A stretch of 64,000 nucleotides of DNA from Macrostomum lignano (lineage: Eukaryota): NCBI GenBank assembly GCA_002269645.1, contig NIVC01000114.1:1-64000 (forward strand). The letters run 5' to 3'. A program made the translations under genes and the position numbers. The first letter of the stretch is position 1; every line of letters begins with the position of its first letter. Shown here in pieces: positions 60,543 to 64,000 of this stretch. Under the pieces are notes generated by a model. It saw only the letters and a program-made list of their open reading frames with translations, was not told the origin of the DNA and made no database searches.

Positions 60543-63144
60543 TTTTTATAATTTTGGTTGATATTTTCAATTGGTGCTTGTAGCAACTGATTAACAAAGA
60601 GTTGTCTGCTAAAATAAAAAATAATTGACTTTAGTGTAAAAGAAAAAAATATTTTGACTTTATTGATTTATATAAAATTTATATATTAATATAAGTAACA
60701 ACAATAGTATTGAGTGTTGACACAAAATTAATGACAATGATTAGGTCTTTTAGGATTTTATATATTTTTAGAAACTGATTAAAATTTGTTGACTATACCT
60801 AGAATTAAAGAAAAGAACAGGTTATTCTATATAAAAGTACTGCCTATTTAAGTAAAACAAACATTTCCTACTTAATTCTATTTGAAAAGTGCTTTGGTAT
60901 GCACAGCTTTAATTTAGGCCTATGAATATTTTCTTAATTCTAAGTGTATTTTCAAAGTTGCATAAAAAAGCACACTCCAAGACCTTATGATATTTAGTAC
61001 TATAACTGATATAGAATAAAATGATTAGGCTCTTGTCAATTTATTGCATCAGCCCAAGAGCTACAAATAATACTAGGCCTATAAAAATACACAACCCTTT
61101 TAATATGATAATTTTGTAGTTATTTAACTTTTTAATTTTAGTAGTATAAAAAATGCAATTTCCTAAAGCATAGGCCTACTAGATCCCAAGCTAAAATCTT
61201 GTATTTGTGTAGAACTAGGCCTATAATAATTCCTAAAGATACATTTTACAGTTAAGAATATCTATCAGTTATAGTAGTTTTTATTACAAACATTAACACC
61301 ATATTGATATAGATTATATTTAAATTATAATATCATTAAAAGAACAAGGATTCAATTTTGCAAGAGATTCATCACGCCAACTCGCAAGCAGAAGTAAAAA
61401 TCCTACTTTTGGTCGCACGTGTGGGCCCAGAATCCGAGTGCACATGGTGCGAATAAAGCGCATTATTAAAAAGTGAACGTTTTAGAATGATCAAAACCTT
61501 TTGTTTTTGCTTATCTACTATTTTCTTGTTAAATTTCCTTTGGTACAGTAACTAACTTTTTGATATTTGATTTTATCTTTTAATTTTTTTTCTTAGTTTT
61601 ACCTGCAGTGCATTACTTTTGCATTTGTTTTTTTTACAAAAGAATCATTAATTTTAAATAAATAATATTTCGATGAAAATATCTTCAAGAAAAATTAAAA
61701 ATTACTTTGAAAAGAGATCATACATAGCACTACTGGGGCCTACTATCACTGACAGTGACAGTCAGCTCGATAATATTACATGTCTAAGGATATTTAAGCT
61801 ATTTATATTCTTTTTAGCTTAGTACTTGATAACTTGTGACCAGGAAAGCATGGGGGCCATGATTTTTTGGCCTGTAACTACTATAAACTATGCTCTACTC
61901 TACAGCTCTAGGCCTACAAGCAGGGGCGTAGGGAGGGAGGGTAGGGGGATGTATCCCCCCGAAAAGCCTGACCAAAACTTTTTTGTTGCCATTTGTTGCT
62001 ATATGCTTCCATGTGACTCTGTCATAGCACTTTTATATTGGTGTATCCCCCCATAGAAAATTCACCTAAAATCTAATTTCTTATGATTTTAGAAATTTAT
62101 TTAGATATATTGAAGGAGCATAATGCCAAATTTCTTTTAAGCTCTTAATCTAATTTCTAAAAATTGGCATACTTTGAACAATGACATAGTAAAAGGCTAT
62201 GTTAGAAGGTTTCTAGTTTACAAGTATTTGTCTATTGTCCTATTGACAATTTATTTTTTCAAAAGATATGATGTATGATAATGATAATGATATCTAGATA
62301 TATATGTCTTACTAAACTAAACTAAGCATATGCTTTAATAGAATTAGGTCTATTGACACCATATATACAATAGCAATATAGATTAGGGCCTAGTTTATAG
62401 AATCCAAAATCTAAAAAAAAATTGCATTTTTGCAACTAGATTTTTGGCTTAAATTAAAAAATAAAGCTTTAAGATTATTTTCTTTATAAATATTAAGTTA
62501 TAAGGATTGTTTGGAAAGTCTGCAATCAAACATGCATATCTTTTTTGAGTCACTACTTTTGTACTTTATGCTGAAACTTTATACTATAGACAAATATTAT
62601 ATCCTAAATGTTTTAAAATAGGACACCTATACTTGTTTGAGCTAGGCATTTCTTTCTTGCAGTGTTTTTAGTCACATAGCCTACTAATTAATATTTTCAC
62701 TTTGTTGAATAACAAAAGCAAAAATGAAATTTATCATTTGGTTTTTGTAGAAGCAAATGAAGCAAAAAGCAGAAATTCTTTATAAGGTGCAAGCAATATA
62801 CAGTGAATATACACCATCAAAAACAATGGTTAATAAACAAGTGGGTCTAGCAGTTTGAAGATGTCTAGGAAACAGTTGATGACTTTCCATCAAGTGGCTA
62901 GGTTGCCACCATGGTCAATAGGTCAACATTGAGCTTGTGCTTTTTGCTCTAGATGTTGACCAATGAGCCACAGTGTGAGAGTTGCCTATCAATATTGTTA
63001 TCTCATTAATGGCCATTCACTCAATCTTGATGTATGTTGCATATTGTTGCTCAATCCTATATACTAAAAATGAAAATCTTGCTTGCTTGCTTGTAATCGA
63101 TTAGAGAAAAAATGGCTGGACCGATTTTGTTCGAACTTGCACTG

Positions 63145-63280
63145 TTCGATCAGAAATTTTCCCGTGACTGTACATGCATCGTGGCTAAGAAATTGCTCGA
63201 TGCTAAAGGCATTAAATATTCAAAAAACATGCTTTTTTGCAAAGGTCAAGCAAACTTTTCGACTTGAAATGCATTGTAAG
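63145..63280 (+). repeat. Dispersed repeat fragment, copy 2 (copy 1 at 2470-2625)
   Basis: See copy 1. Confidence 0.7.
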
Positions 63281-63664
63281 AATGCTAGAGAAAAAAATGA
63301 CTGGTTGAATTCTGATTCTGAAATAGATTGCATCATAACTGAATTGTAGCTCCGACTTGAATTGAAAATGCAGTGTGGAAGCGTAGCACCAGACTTGATT
63401 TAAATTGCGTAACCATATTGTTAACTGATACTGACTGACTGAGAAACTGATTATGTCATAACTGCTTCGTGTGATTTGCTCGATGCTTGGATTTTAAAGT
63501 GTTGAATTATATAAGTGCAAAATTTCATGTTATCAAAACGATGAGAGCTAGCCTAGAGGTGAACAGACTGAACTGCTAAATGCAGCGACGATGGTTCGAA
63601 TTTTCATAGAGTATAATTTTTTTAATTAAAGCTTTTCAACGTCAGGAAAACTAAAAGACTTTTT

Positions 63665-64000
63665 AAAAAGAAGCGTCATTTAAAAGATCATAGAAGCGTC
63701 ATGTAAACAATCATAGAAGCGTCATGTAAAAAATCGTAGAAGCGTCATATAAAAATCATAGAAGCGTAATTTAAAAAATCATAGAAGCGTCATGTAAAAA
63801 ATCGTAGAAGCGTCATATAAAAATCATAGAAGTGTCATTTAAAAAATCATAGAAGTGTCATGTAAAAAATCATAGAAGCGTCATGTGAACAATCATAAAA
63901 GCGTCATGTAAACAATCATAGAAGCGTCATGTAAACAATCATAGAAGCGTCATTTAAAAATCATAGAAGCGTCATGTAAACAATCATAGAAGCGTCATTT
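63665..64000. repeat. Minisatellite, ~22 bp unit (aaaaatcatagaagcgtcatgt), runs off the window
   Basis: Tandem copies to the window end. Confidence 0.92.

Noticed and set aside
61037-61049. TCAATTTATTGCAT, similar to the 3' end of a flatworm spliced leader as I recall it
   Set aside because: Short AT-rich match from memory; not followed by G/GT donor, no Sm site or rest of the leader.
61921-62060. CAGGGGCGT-type transposon terminus
   Set aside because: No complementary opposite end, TSD or transposase in the window; kept only as support for the low-confidence 41785 call.

Overview
Eukaryotic (metazoan) genomic DNA with spliceosomal introns. Roughly half the window (about 31 kb by my hand tally) is tandem repeat: about 40 separate micro- and minisatellite arrays, mostly in introns. 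The style suggests a free-living flatworm such as Macrostomum, but that is an unverified impression. Genes reconstructed by hand from splice sites and reading phase: (1) a small signal-peptide + WSC-domain gene at 3409-3850, interrupted by a 1-nt shift in a T7 run; (2) a 17-exon PDE8-family cAMP phosphodiesterase (REC + PAS + HD catalytic domain, ~828 aa, + strand, 9776-38371) with a GC-AG intron, a candidate cassette exon and a possible dual-frame 5' exon; (3) a complete SRP (7SL) RNA gene on the - strand (40617-40912) whose helix-8 loop is UACA rather than GNRA; (4) a 3-exon, 164-aa secreted precursor with a cystine-knot (knottin) module and a second 6-Cys module (43099-49465); (5) a 13-exon, ~737-aa coiled-coil/acidic protein of no family I recognise (- strand, 52218-60542). 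There are also tRNA-derived SINE-like heads and non-autonomous repeat fragments. Nearly all long ORFs in the supplied track are translations of tandem repeats. No CRISPR array, rRNA or intact transposase was seen. All coordinates are hand-read; repeat boundaries are approximate, and nothing was searched against databases.
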